Positions 1 through 12,190 of a stretch of DNA of 64,000 bases are shown here, one piece after another (position 1 is the stretch's first letter; each line of letters starts with the position of its first letter). Below the pieces are notes generated by a model, which made no database searches, was not told the DNA's origin, and saw nothing but the letters and a program-made list of their open reading frames with translations. Source of the stretch: Octopus sinensis (Eukaryota). Made by a program: the position numbers and the translations under genes. The stretch covers positions 50,158,001 through 50,222,000 of the forward strand of contig NC_043007.1 in the NCBI RefSeq assembly GCF_006345805.1, read 5' to 3'.

Positions 1-117
1 GTATGCAAACATATATATACACACACACATACACACACAAACACACACACAACTCACACGCTCATACATATATATACATGCATGCATATATGTATATATT
101 TTATATCTATATATATT

Positions 118-164
<47 letters not shown>

Positions 165-501
165 GTATGTATGTGTGTGTGTGTGTGTGTTTGTATGCGT
201 GTATATAATTAGATGGCTTTACATGCCTTGCACATTTGTTAATAATTTTATAGATCTATTACAGTTGGTATTTCTTGGAAATGCAACCCGACGGAGGAGA
301 AGGCTGAGAGGTTGAATTGCTCTTTCTGACTCTGTTCACTGTATTCTTTAAATTCTATTAGTTTTTTTAACTTTTTAATTTATGCCTAATGTCGAACCCG
401 GGATAGAGATACAGCGTTAGTGTATTCTACTAGCATCACAATTGCATACATATACACCAATATTTTCAAACACACAATCGCTGATATATATACCTATGTG
501 T

Positions 502-768
502 GAGACACCCTTCACTAGCGAACGACCGTGAGATTGCACTTAGAAAGTTCCGTTTCGAGGCACAAGTCCGGACAAAGTTGGCTGTTGAAGACCAGCAGTT
601 GTCCATACATATCAGCCTCCCCTCTCCATGCCAGTGATGTCCAAGGGAAAGGCAAAGCGAAATAAAGTATCTTACTCAAGATCACAACACATAGCCCGGT
701 TAGGGAATCGAACTCTCAACCGCACGATTGCAAGCCCGACGCTCTAACCATTGAGCCATGCGTCTTCA
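502..768 (-). mobile_element. tRNA-headed SINE (window family D)
   Basis: Minus strand begins TGAAGACGCATGGCTCAATGGTTAGAGCGTCGG...GAGAGTTCGATTCCC (A-box/B-box-like), followed by a non-tRNA body; a similar head recurs at about 35600-35720. Confidence 0.75.
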
Positions 769-799
769 TACCTATGTACACTTGCAGAAACAGACACGT

Positions 800-1020
800 A
801 AACTTACTGTTGGAGTGACTGGCAGGTATAGCCGTCGAGCAGACAGTTTCAAGTGAGTAGAACAAAGAAAGGCAGGTTGTTGATGACGTGGCAAAGGGCT
901 GTGTCGGAAGACTTGACCGAGATTGCTGCCACTGGGAAGAAGGATGCCGTTTAGCTCAGATTGATAGTCTCATCACCCTATGATCTTTGAGCAAGGTAGG
1001 TAACGTAATATAACATAACA
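800..1020 (+). mobile_element. RTE-clade LINE 3' end remnant
   Basis: Translates RKKGRLLMTWQRAVSEDLTEIAATGKK*, like the RTE C-terminal RxRGRPxxTWxRxVxxDL motif, followed by a short TAAC-type tail. Confidence 0.45.
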
Positions 1021-1043
1021 GTTATACAGTTTTGAATTGATAA

Positions 1044-1535
1044 CACTGATTTATAGAGAAACTGAGGCAAACATAAAAAGAGTTGTTCTAGCCTAATTTG
1101 GGGTGCTGATTTCAGATACAAAATCAGTTTTCACTCATCACCTCTAATTTTTGAGATATGATTTTGCGTCAATTCATGTAACTATATATATATTCAATTT
1201 TTATTTTGTTTTCCAGATTTTTATGATACATATGATACATATCTCTACAATGGCTTCAGGCACTACAAAACACCGAAGATGCATCAACAAGGCAAATTCA
1301 TTCTGCTACGTGTGTGGGGATTTTCACGACAGTTGCACAGCGCTAAACAAAATCTTCCCTCCTGAGAACTGCTTACTTTCATTATTTTGACTGTAAAAAT
1401 TGGAGATCAAACCAAATCCTGGGCTCCATACATCTGTTGTAAACCCTGCAACAATTAACTAACTGCATGATTTAACAGCAAGATAGCAGCCTTCGAATTT
1501 GATCTCCCGATGGTCTGGAGAGAGCCATGAAGCTG
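1044..1535 (+). mobile_element. Chapaev3-type (CMC) DNA transposon 5' remnant with disrupted transposase N-terminal zinc finger
   Basis: Starts CACTG at 1044; across frameshifts reads MASGTTKHRRCINKANSFCYVCG / TAYFHYFDC / IGDQTKSWAPYICCKPC / FDLPMVWREP*, matching the CxxCG...DQDKxWAPHxxCxxC...PMxWREP motif. Confidence 0.75.
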
Positions 1536-2139
1536 ATGTATGCTTCTGTGTATGCATATGTTTACTTTCGTATGTATGTTTGCATATATGTATGTATAAA
1601 TTCAACCACAATTTTATCAAATAACATTTGGAATAATAAAACTTGTTCGCTGAATCTACCCCTACTATCTATGAAGACACCATAACCTACACTGCGGTTG
1701 GATGATTGCGTTTAGAACCACTTTGATCATAGTCCTATTTCCTCGATGGACTCATTGAATAATATGTGACCTAATACTAAAACATAAGAGCCAAAATAAC
1801 TACTTCCATCTTCTATTCAATAGATTCAGAGATCCATATTTGTCATTATGAATTCCTGCAAGAATTTACGTCGAATATTTTCAAAGACTATTAAGAGAAT
1901 GTAAAGGTGGACATCTGAAACACATCAGTTATGTTTACTTTGCTTGGTTAAACCTGTAATCAGTGCCAACATATATAGGCTTACTTGATTCTGTGTAGGC
2001 GGTGATGGCATCCATCTAGTTACAATAGCTCTGTCAGAGATAAATAGATAGATAGATAGATAGAGTGAGAGAGAGAAAAAGAGAGAACGAGAAAGAAAGA
2101 CTGAGAGAGAAACTGACATTATAGACACCATACAAACCC

Positions 2140-2170
<31 letters not shown>

Positions 2171-2400
2171 CGTGGCACTCCGTCAGTTACGAAGACGAGG
2201 ATTTCAGTTGATCCGATCAACGGAACGGCCTGTTCGTTAAATTAACGTGCAAGTGGCTGAGTACTCCTCAGACACGTGTACCCTTAACGCAGTTCTCGGG
2301 CAGATTCAGCGTGACACAGAGTGTGATACGGCTGGCTTTTTGAAATATAGGTACAACAGAAACAGGAAGAAAGAGTAAGAGAAAGTTGTAGTGAAAGAGT
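2171..2400 (-). mobile_element. SINE family C, 3' half
   Basis: Shares the GAGAGAAAGTTGT body junction with 8800-8830, and the tail GTTGATCCGAT...CACG.GTACC with 35405-35600. Confidence 0.65.
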
Positions 2401-2451
2401 ACCTACCTACCTACCTTCATACCTACACACATACCTACCAATCTCTTACCC

Positions 2452-2526
<75 letters not shown>

Positions 2527-2609
2527 ACACACACACACTTATGTGTATATATATATATACAGCTATTTCAACTTTAAAGCTGCAGTCATGCTTTATATTC
2601 TATAACACG

Positions 2610-2680
<71 letters not shown>

Positions 2681-2687
2681 ATATATA

Positions 2688-2826
2688 TACACCGGAGTAA
2701 ACACATAAATGTGAAACAAGGTGGAAAAAAGAGTACTCAAATACCAGTGGTAGAGTAATATGCTTTATTTAAAGCAGCAGGAAATTTAACAAAACCTGTT
2801 ACTCTGAGTTTCACGTTCCCGTTCGT
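2688..2826 (-). mobile_element. Penelope-like pseudo-LTR fragment with 5'-truncated hammerhead motif
   Basis: Minus strand ACGA-ACG-GGAA-CGU-GAAA-CUCAGAGU-A-ACAGG gives a partial core, stem II, GAAA, palindromic stem III and a GUA triplet; the CUG part is replaced by (ATGT)n. Confidence 0.55.
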
Positions 2827-2852
2827 ATGTATGTATGTATATGTATGTATAT

Positions 2853-2897
<45 letters not shown>

Positions 2898-2993
2898 ATG
2901 TATATATATATATTATATATATATATAATATATATATATATACATATACATACATACATACACACACGCACACGCACACACACACACACACAG

Positions 2994-3053
<60 letters not shown>

Positions 3054-3768
3054 TATATATAAAAGCATATATGTGTGTGTGTATACAGCTGTTGCAACTG
3101 AATCATGGAAGCAAGTCGACTGAATAGCGTGATTAGCTGTTTAATGTACAGCAGACTTTACACAATGCGAAAAAAATTACTCAATTATCCTTAATAAGAA
3201 TGGTATGAGACGGTAAATTGCATTTACCTTATATTTAAACAAGTGATTCTGAATTAACTCACTTTGCCATATGAAAGCAGAATTGAGGAAACGCACATCT
3301 GCAAGACTGAAAAGTTTAATTTAACCATTAAATTGAGAGACTCTAATTTTACTTCCAAACCAAAGACCTTGCTATAGTATTGGGTACGAGGGGATTTCTT
3401 GGTGAATTTGCGTTGAGATGCCCCAAAACAGCTATCCGTTTCTAGAGAACGAAAGCTCTTAAGGCAATGGGAGAAGCAGCTGGGAAATGTTCCAGCTGGA
3501 GCTAGTCAAGAAGGAATGGAAATTAATTTCAGAAGGCATAATTTACCATACAATCAACTGGTATCCTCGAATGAACGGCCTATAACAACCCAGGTGCCCT
3601 GGCTCCGAAAACCATACCGATCCAAGAGGGTTGCGATGCAGGCACTAGAACGGAATGTGACAACAGATAGTTATCCTGAAGTTATATAACCAGGTTGCCT
3701 ATTTTGAGTATAATGAGCTGAGGACCCAAACCTCTGCAGGAGTGGACTACCGTTTATCTTTAACAGCT

Positions 3769-4158
3769 TTCAGTCTGCGGCGAAGCTGGAGCGGTGCCTT
3801 GGAGAGATTTTAATTGAATGAATAGACACCAATATTTATTTGAAAGCATGGTATTTATTTTGCCGAACCGGTTTGTTATGAGGACGTAAACATACCAGAC
3901 TAGTTGTCAAGTAGTAGCGGGAAGGGACGAATACAGACACAAACATACACATACACATACACTCACACGCGCACACATACACACACACGTATTCATGTAT
4001 AAAGGGCTTCTTTCAATTTTCGTCTAACAAATCCACTCATAAGGCTTTGGTCGGCCCGAGGCTATAGTAGATGACACTCGCCCATGTTGCCAAGCAATGA
4101 GACTGAACCTGGAACAAAGTAGTTGCGAAGCCTTTCACCACATTGCCACGCCTGTGCA
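3769..4158 (-). mobile_element. SINE family A (degenerate)
   Basis: Matches the 58339-58740 copy in reverse (GGTCGGCCCGAGGCTATAGTAGA, GACTGAACCTGGAAC). Confidence 0.8.
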
Positions 4159-4196
4159 TATGAGTATATACGTATATATTACATATATATTTATAT

Positions 4197-4264
<68 letters not shown>

Positions 4265-4486
4265 GAATGGTATCAAATATGCAAATTATGAAATAAAATA
4301 AAATAGAAATTGTAATAATTAGAAAGGAGATGAAGATATAATTGAGTTATAATAAGGATGTGAAGTTTGATGTGAGATCTGAGATCTGATCCTTTTAGAT
4401 GAGGGTAAAGTTCTGTGTGGGACGTGTTAGGCAGGAATGGAGTAAGCTGCTGCACACACACGCGCGCGCAAATACACACACGCATG

Positions 4487-4517
<31 letters not shown>

Positions 4518-4861
4518 TATATATATATACACGCACACTTACATGCTTGCACACATACACACATGTGTGTCTGAATATATGTGTATGTAAGTGAATGCAC
4601 AAATAGTTATACACATCTAACATTTATAGAAACACACACATGCACATATACATACATACACATATTCTCAAACATAAAAATGTACACATACACATATCCA
4701 CATGTACATATATTCACTAACATACAAATGTGCACACGCATACATATATTGATAAACATACTGTACATACTAATGTACACACACACATGTACATATTGAT
4801 ATATATACAGTACTTGTATTGATATATATACAGTACACCCCCGCCCACATATATATGATTG

Positions 4862-5759
4862 ATGAGAGAGACGGAAGATGGTAGATACGAGAATGTTTAT
4901 TAATCACTGCAATTGTTTCGACCCATCTCGCATAGATCCCTCACGGGTGGGATACTTAACAACTGATTTAGGAACATCTGTTGGTGTAGATGTGACTTTT
5001 AGGTGATAATAAGATGTACTTCGTTAAAATAACGACTGTTCCGCGAGATATCTTCTCGGTTTGTGTATAGAAAAGCAGCAAATTAAGGGATGCAGTTTCG
5101 TTTTTATAGAAGGTCAATAATAAATCGTAATATTTATCGCCACATAAATATGGCTGTTCGACGTCACAACCCTTTAAACCCCAGTCAGATCCTCCGCCAG
5201 CTGGTTAGCAGCGCAACATGCACCCTGTATATATTGAAAGCGGGGGAGTGAACCCCTACCATCTCCTAGAAGATGACGGGATCACGAGACCGAGCGGTAC
5301 CGACCTACTTGTTTCCATCTTCTGTCGTAAACATCTGACCGCTAGGAAATGGCAGGACCTCGCTCCAGCTCACAATATATAGAAAAATTAGCAGCCATCG
5401 GTCTCTGATTTTGCAAAAAAGTGAGTAGTTAGAAAAATCTCAATATGAGATGAGAGTAGTAACCAAACGAAGTAATATTTATCGCCGCATCAATATGGCT
5501 GTTAGACGTTACTATCGTTTTGATCCTAGTCAGATCCTCCGGCAGTTGATTAACCTTCACCCTGTATATATTGCAAGCAATAATAAATAACAGATGCAAA
5601 ACAAATGTATACACAATAGAGTGAAAAAAGTATTAAATATAACCGTCAAGAGATATGAATATATAAACGCCCTGGCTTAGGTGGTATGGCGCACGCACAC
5701 TCGCTCGTATTGTAGTAATTAATAAACATTCTCGTATCTACCATCTTCCGTTCTCTCAT
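4862..5759 (-). mobile_element. Penelope-like element remnant with inverted terminal segments
   Basis: 4862-4913 is the reverse complement of 5709-5759 (about 50 bp, few mismatches). Minus translation NIYRVKVNQLPEDLTRIKTIVTSNSHIDAAIN resembles the PLE RT C-terminal LxxIKxILxxNGYP helix. Decayed GAAACAAUUG stem III at 4908-4920. Confidence 0.55.
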
Positions 5760-5849
5760 TAAGCAAATACCCAACGAACACTGAAAGTGAAAGTGCTTTA
5801 CCGGTAGGAACTTACATTTATTCAAGCTTTATTCAAAAGGAGTATATAT

Positions 5850-5923
<74 letters not shown>

Positions 5924-6179
5924 GTATTATGTATATATATATATATGCAGTATCGATCTATCTATCTATCTCGACAGAATATAGAATGATAGTATATAAA
6001 TACAGGTTATTAAATCCCATATAACAAACTTTTGATTTATTAAAATTATTTTCGCCTCTAAAAGATATGTCATAATTACCGATTAGTCAACTCCACTCGA
6101 GAAAAGAAAATAATGCGAAGGTCGAAGAATTCTCTAAAGTTAAAATGCCATTGAGGAAAAGAATAGAGTTATTGTCTGA

Positions 6180-6500
6180 AAATAATCCAGAGACCCACAG
6201 TAAGTAATAATTTCTGCGATCGTGTTTATGAGTCTATAACTTCTCACATTCAGTTCTTTTTTTAACAATATTTCAAAATTTTTAACAAGCTCACTGGCTA
6301 ATCGCGAAAACATCACCTGTTCTAGCACTGTTATTCTATGTATCACTGGCGAGGAGATGAGCCACTACTATCTCTACCTGTCGAGCGTCCAAGGTAGACA
6401 TCTCGTGATCTCCTGGCCTCGGCACAAGAGGTAACGGGGATTCATCTCCCCACTAGCTATATAAACAAGGGAACATCATGCTCCAAAAGCTAGATTCTCT
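6180..6500. repeat. Unclassified dispersed repeat, copy 1 (homologous to 26340-26640)
   Basis: TTTTTAACAAGCTC...GGCTAATCGCGA...CCTGTTCT..CACTG...TATCACTGGCG..GAGATGAG is shared with 26410-26500 in the same orientation. Confidence 0.7.
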
Positions 6501-6609
6501 CATGGCAAGTACATCAGTGTACATAAGTTGGGATAAATATTGCCTCTCTGATGTCTTTGGTCAAACTTCAATATGTAATTGAATGTACGTAAAAATCAGC
6601 TGACCGAAG

Positions 6610-6853
6610 AAGTGGGTTTTAACTTTTAGAGACCCCTGAAGGTCCTTGTAAGACTTTGTTGTTTAAATTTATGTGCATTAAACTGGTTATACATTTACAA
6701 TACTCGAAATATTTTAGCAATTTTTTATACAGTTACTAATAATATTTAATTATAAAAATATAATAGTTTTTTTTTTTAAATGGGGATCAAGTATAGTTAG
6801 ATAGGAATTAAAGGGATCCATAAGCAAAAAACAAAAACGGTTGAGAGTCACTG
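6610..6853. mobile_element. hAT/Charlie-like MITE (degenerate)
   Basis: 3' end AAAAACGGTTGAGAGTCACTG resembles the hAT TIR AAAAAGGTTGAGAACCACTG; degenerate 5' counterpart AGTGGGTTTTAACTTTT; AT-rich interior. Confidence 0.4.
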
Positions 6854-7097
6854 GTCTAACGCAACGCAAGATAGTGTAAGATTAATCGCTTAGTGTCTAT
6901 ATGTATGCGTTTATGTTTATGTGTGTTTGTTTGTAAACTGTAAGACTTCTTTCAGTGATTCTTTAATAATGTGTAATATTTTTATTTGTAAAAAGATTTA
7001 CGCCTTGTTTAGCAAACATCTGGATGAAATAAACTTCAACAGAAGAGAAGAGGCTGGAGAAATTAAAATTTGAAATAGCTTGAATTCTTTCAAGGAA

Positions 7098-7146
<49 letters not shown>

Positions 7147-7162
7147 TAATAATAATAATAAT

Positions 7163-7200
<38 letters not shown>

Positions 7201-7316
7201 AAAGAGCAATAAAGATTCAAGTTAATTTAAAAAAATTACTTGAATATGTACCTAACTTAGATGCACCAAAAAAAACTATACTGATTTAACAATACAGTAA
7301 TGTGGGGTGATTATAA

Positions 7317-7930
7317 GCGAGAAAGAAGCAACAAGAATGGATAGGTTTTTAGTACGATCGTTTCATACAAGGACAGGTTTTATTAAAAGTTGCAAAGGTT
7401 ACAGCATATAAACGAGTCCCGTACTCATCAGCTAAAATACATGTAAGTTCTCTAGACATCCTAGTGTTTGAGGCTATACTCATGAAGTAATGTAGATAAT
7501 TAAACAGATTTCTAAAGTTCATTAAAGTTCTTTAAAGATGATGTATAGTCTTATCACAGAATATTAAAAAGTTTTGATAGCATCACAGAGAAGGTGACCT
7601 AATCCATATGAATTTCCATAGAAATTCATATGAAATTCATATGGATTAGGTCACCTTCTCTGTGATGCTATCAAAACTTTTTTAATATTCTGTGATAAGA
7701 CTATACATCATCTTTAAAGAACTTTAATGAACTTAGAAATCTGTTTAATTATCTACATTACTTCATGAGTATAGCCTCAAACACTAGGATGTCTAGAGAA
7801 CTTACATGTATTTTAGCTGATGAGTACGGGACTCGTTTATATGCTGTAACCTTTGCAACTTTTAATAAAACCTGTCCTTGTATGAAACGATCGTACTAAA
7901 AACCTATCCATCTTGTTGCTTCTTTCTCGC
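7317..7930. repeat. Near-perfect foldback inverted repeat with about 300-bp arms
   Basis: 7317-7616 is the reverse complement of 7632-7930; the differences I can see are single-base indels; the apex has tandem GAAATTCATAT x2. Confidence 0.95.
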
Positions 7931-8594
7931 GTATATATATATATATATAATAATATATATATATATATATATATATATGGGGAAGAGAGAGAGAGATCCC
8001 TAATATATAATATATATATATATAATTCATATATATATACATGCAAGCATACATTCATGCATATGCACATACATACATACACATACATACATACATACAT
8101 ACATACATACATACATACTACATACATACGTACATACATACATGTACACTTACATACACACACATATACATAAAACAAACCATACAAATTTATACATATA
8201 CATACAAAGAAACAAAAATACTCTGTTGCTGATGTTGAAATTCCAATGAAGGAGCCTTAGATCTAGGTTAGAAACCGGCTCTTTCTTTGTTGACAAAAAA
8301 TATTGAAGTAAAACTAAATAATAACATTCATACATACATGCATGCATACATACATACATACATACATACATACATACATACATACATACATACCAAAACA
8401 TGTGAACGGATCACAAATGTATTTTTCCTGGTTTTACTCTTTTTTCATCAGCTTTCTTCTCTTCCTTCTCTTTCCATTTTTTCTAGAAAAACGTAATAAC
8501 CTTTAATCATTCCATTTTCTCTTGAGCGTCATATTTACATGCATACATACACACAAAAACACACACGCACGCATATATATAAATATAATATATG

Positions 8595-8643
<49 letters not shown>

Positions 8644-8667
8644 TATATATATTATATATAATATATT

Positions 8668-8975
8668 ATATCACCGTGATCACCGTGACCGACCAGGCTA
8701 GCAGATATTGCTAGACATCGCTGGTCACAATGCGCTTCGCATTGTTTTAGCCTTGAAATGACGCCACAACGCTGGCTAAGCGAGCAGGCCAACAGAAGAA
8801 AGTGTGAGAGAAAGTTGTGGCAAAAAAGTACAACAGGGATCGCCACCACCCCTGCCGGAGCCTCGTGGAGCTTTAAGTGTTTTCGCTCAATAAACACTCA
8901 CAACGCCCGATCCGGGAATCGAAACCACGATCCTACGACCGCGAATCCGCTGTTCTAACCACTGGGCCATTGCGC
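8668..8975 (-). mobile_element. SINE family C (tRNA-like head, body and alternative tail)
   Basis: Minus head GCGCAATGGCCCAGTGGTTAGAACAGCGGATTCGCGGTCGTAGGATCGTGGTTTCGATTCCCG (A/B boxes) with no tRNA 3' acceptor arm, continuing into the repeat body. Confidence 0.8.
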
Positions 8976-8978
8976 ATC

Positions 8979-9011
<33 letters not shown>

Positions 9012-9013
9012 AC

Positions 9014-9057
<44 letters not shown>

Positions 9058-9077
9058 CATGTATGTATGTATGTATG

Positions 9078-9111
<34 letters not shown>

Positions 9112-9513
9112 TCCTCCTATCACACACCTATAAACTCAGATATACAAGCAATAGCATATCCGTATAAAAGAAAGGGACGTGCGGTGCCCTTATGCACCGC
9201 ACACAGTCCTACACTCATATACATACATACTCGCGTACACATATATACACACGCCCACACATACACATTTCATATATATATACATATACATATACTCACA
9301 CACGTACTAAATCACACAATTAAAAAGAAAAATGAAAAATATATACATAAAACGATAAAATTTTTTAGGACATATGGAAAGCTTGTGCAGATTCTCTCCG
9401 TGATCCGGTGGGCCCAAAATCGTAACAGGTATTTTGTCATATATGGACATGATTGAAAAAGTTCAGTTCTTGAATTTAGACATGTAGCTGGATCTAAGGA
9501 AATTCTTGACATG

Positions 9514-9692
9514 AGCATGCTGTCATCGGAGAGAGAAAAGACAGAAAATATATAAATGAAGAGTATTCCCAATAGAGGTATAACTTTCAATCTCATCCTT
9601 CCTTCATGTCCCTAGGAACTGAAATATATTAATATCCTCATTTGGGGATATTCTTCATTACTATATTTTCTGACTTTTCTCGATGGTATGCT
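9514..9692. repeat. Imperfect inverted repeat (MITE-like hairpin)
   Basis: GAGAAAAGACAGAAAATATATAAATGAAGAGTATTCCCAATAGAGG pairs with CCTCATTTGGGGATATTCTTCATTACTATATTTTCTGACTTTTCTC. Confidence 0.7.
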
Positions 9693-9739
9693 TAGCTTCT
9701 GGAATCTTTATTTAATATGAGCTATATGCTTGACTATTT

Positions 9740-9915
9740 TAGTTTTTATCATAACTACTCTAAACTATATTATTTACATTATTTACATTTGACGGATATT
9801 TGTCCTCATCTTGTTTGTTGTTAACACAACGTTTCGGCTGATATACCTCCAGCCTTCATCAGGTGTCTTGGAGAAATTTCGAACCTGGGTTCTCATTCCT
9901 AAGGTATTTTTCGAT
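9740..9915 (-). mobile_element. Penelope-like solo pseudo-LTR
   Basis: Contains the hammerhead motif listed next; its 9771-9808 segment recurs inverted at 11247-11284. Confidence 0.65.
9823..9867 (-). ncRNA. Minimal type I hammerhead ribozyme (PLE-associated)
   Basis: Minus RNA GACAC-CUGAUGA-A-GGCUG-gagguauau-CAGCC-GAAA-CG-UU^GUGUU: 5-bp stem I, core, 5-bp stem II, palindromic AACGUU stem III; one extra A after the core. Confidence 0.7.
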
Positions 9916-9919
9916 GTTA

Positions 9920-10925
9920 TTATTATTATTATTATTTTATGTTTGACTTTTGCTTTATGTCTGTACAAGTTGGCTCCAAGTCTCACCCAGAGACCTCAAG
10001 AGACAACAGATTGGAAGTTCACGTTGTTGTTATGCCTAGTGTGCCATATATTTGGGGTTTTTTTGGTGTTGTACTAGTGAATGTCTAATACATAATTTTT
10101 TAAAAAAATAATTAAATAAATAAAATAAATAAAAAAAAGTTTGTTTTAAACCTTGGGATTACATACAGAGTATTTTGCGTAGGATATGAGCAGTTCCCAT
10201 GAGCACTATCTTTTGAATTTCTGCCATTTTGGGGTTTCCTGGTATCTCAGTTAGGTAGTAATCAGTCCCTTTCGCTATCATTCCCAGGACACCTATGACA
10301 ACAGGTATTGTTTTAGTCTTCAGGTTCCACATTTTGCTGATTTCTATTTCAAGATCTTTATATTTGCTCAGTTTTTGGTAGGTCTTGACAGATACGTTTA
10401 TATCGATTGGGATAGTCATATCAATGAGGAGGCATGTTCTTTGTCTGAAGTCTTTCAATATGATGTCTGGCCTATTTGCATCTATCTTTCTGTCAGTTTG
10501 AATGGTGAAGTTCCAGAGGAGTGGGATGTGGTCATTTTTAAGCACAGGAGGTGGATTGTGTTCCCACCAGTTTTTTTCATGGGGCAAATCCAAGTTTTTG
10601 CAAATTACCCAGTGAATATATTGTGCAGCTCTATCATGCCTGTTGAGGTACTCTGTAGGCGCTAGAAGACTGCATTTGGAGATAACATGATCAATGGTTT
10701 CATTTTGTTGTCGGCATACACGACATGTTGGGCTACTGCCGTTCTTTAATATGTTGGCCTGGTAGTTTCTTGTTGGTAGGCATTGATCTTGAGCAGCTAT
10801 GATAAACCCTTCTGTTTCAGATTTTAAGCCAGAGGCCATTAGCCATTGATGGGTCATGGCTTTGTCAATATCTGCATTATTCGCTCTCTTTGGGTATTTG
10901 CCATAGAGGGGTTTTTCTTGCCATA
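9920..10925 (-). mobile_element. R4/Dong-like non-LTR retrotransposon, 5'-truncated (RLE type)
   Basis: Contains ORF 10159-10857, a 3' UTR at about 9935-10150 and a (TAA)n tail; the 5' junction abuts an (ATT)n array. Confidence 0.9.
10159..10857 (-). pseudogene. Retrotransposon ORF C-terminus: CCHC zinc knuckle plus PD-(D/E)xK restriction-like endonuclease
   Basis: CRVCRQQNETIDHVISKC, RHDRAAQYIHW, RPDIIL, IDMTIP, KLSKYKDL and GTAHILRKIL motifs; 5'-truncated. Confidence 0.88.
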
Positions 10926-10926
10926 T

Positions 10927-11232
<306 letters not shown>

Positions 11233-11369
11233 TTCATGTCATTTCCTGAGGACAAATATCCGTCAAATGTAAATAATGTAAATAAATAATGCACATAATT
11301 CCTCATCTCTTATATATAGAACTGTACTCTAAACTAGTTTATACTCCCCGTTTAAATTAAATGTTTTTC

Positions 11370-11820
11370 GATTGATGCCAAATGTTTTACCTCTAAGGAA
11401 GAGGGAAGATTATCAGAAGGGTTTTGAGCAAAATATTATTAACAGCTTACTACCAGAAGAACAGAAAGGTTGTAGGAAGAAGGCTAGAGGAACGCATGCT
11501 CTATTATACATAGGTAAAGTAGTTCTAAATGAAGTAAAAACAAGAGAGAAAAATCTAACAATAGCATGGATAGATTTTAGGAAGCCTGTGGCATGATCCC
11601 ACACTCATGGAAAAGTGAATGTTTGGATATATCCAGTATAGCAGGCAACATAAGAGAATTAATTAGGTATAGCATGAAGAAATGGAAAGTAGATATCTGC
11701 TTAGGTCTCACTCTCTTAGGGAAAGTTAATATCAAAAGAAGAATTTTCCAGGGGAAATCGTTGTCCCCTTTAATATTGCCATTTAAAAATACAAATTCTG
11801 TTATAAAAATCACCTTTGTC
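11370..11820 (+). mobile_element. R4/Dong-like LINE reverse transcriptase fragment (different subfamily)
   Basis: LLPEEQKGCRKKARG, NLTIAWIDFRK, IPHSW and RIFQGKSLSPL RT motifs across a frameshift. Confidence 0.85.
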
Positions 11821-11934
11821 AATATAAGTATAAAGTGTCACATGATTGCTTGATCGACCTCAGTAGTTGACTGGTATTTATTTTCTTCGTCCTAGAATCA
11901 TGAAAGAAAAATTAAAATTTTTGTACTTATTTTG

Positions 11935-12190
11935 ACAATGCTTCACCAATTCTGCCATCTGTTACATTCCCGATCTTCTGACTATTACGATTCCCTGGAG
12001 GTACCTCTATCTACTTGTTCTGCCTAGTAGAGATAGTAACCAAATATTGTTCTGATATCACATCTCAAAAATGGAAGAACGAATTAGATCATTTATCTAC
12101 TAGTGAAGGATTGCTCACATATGACTGGTCGTTTGATCATAGGTGTCCTCGAACTGGTCTGATCTGGGGTTAAATAACAACAATAATAAC
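11935..12190 (+). repeat. Dispersed repeat family F with CTGGGGYTAAA(CAA)n tail
   Basis: Similar 3' end at 60060-60095 (+) and 13165-13200 (-). Confidence 0.5.

Noticed and set aside
7410-7432. Hammerhead-like CUGAUGAGU-ACGGG-ACUCG in the foldback arms
   Set aside because: GUUU stands where GAAA is required and there is no convincing stem I or III
8900-8975. tRNA genes (also 700-768 and the SINE-A/B heads)
   Set aside because: A/B boxes are present, but there is no closing acceptor stem and each continues into a repeat body, so these are SINE heads
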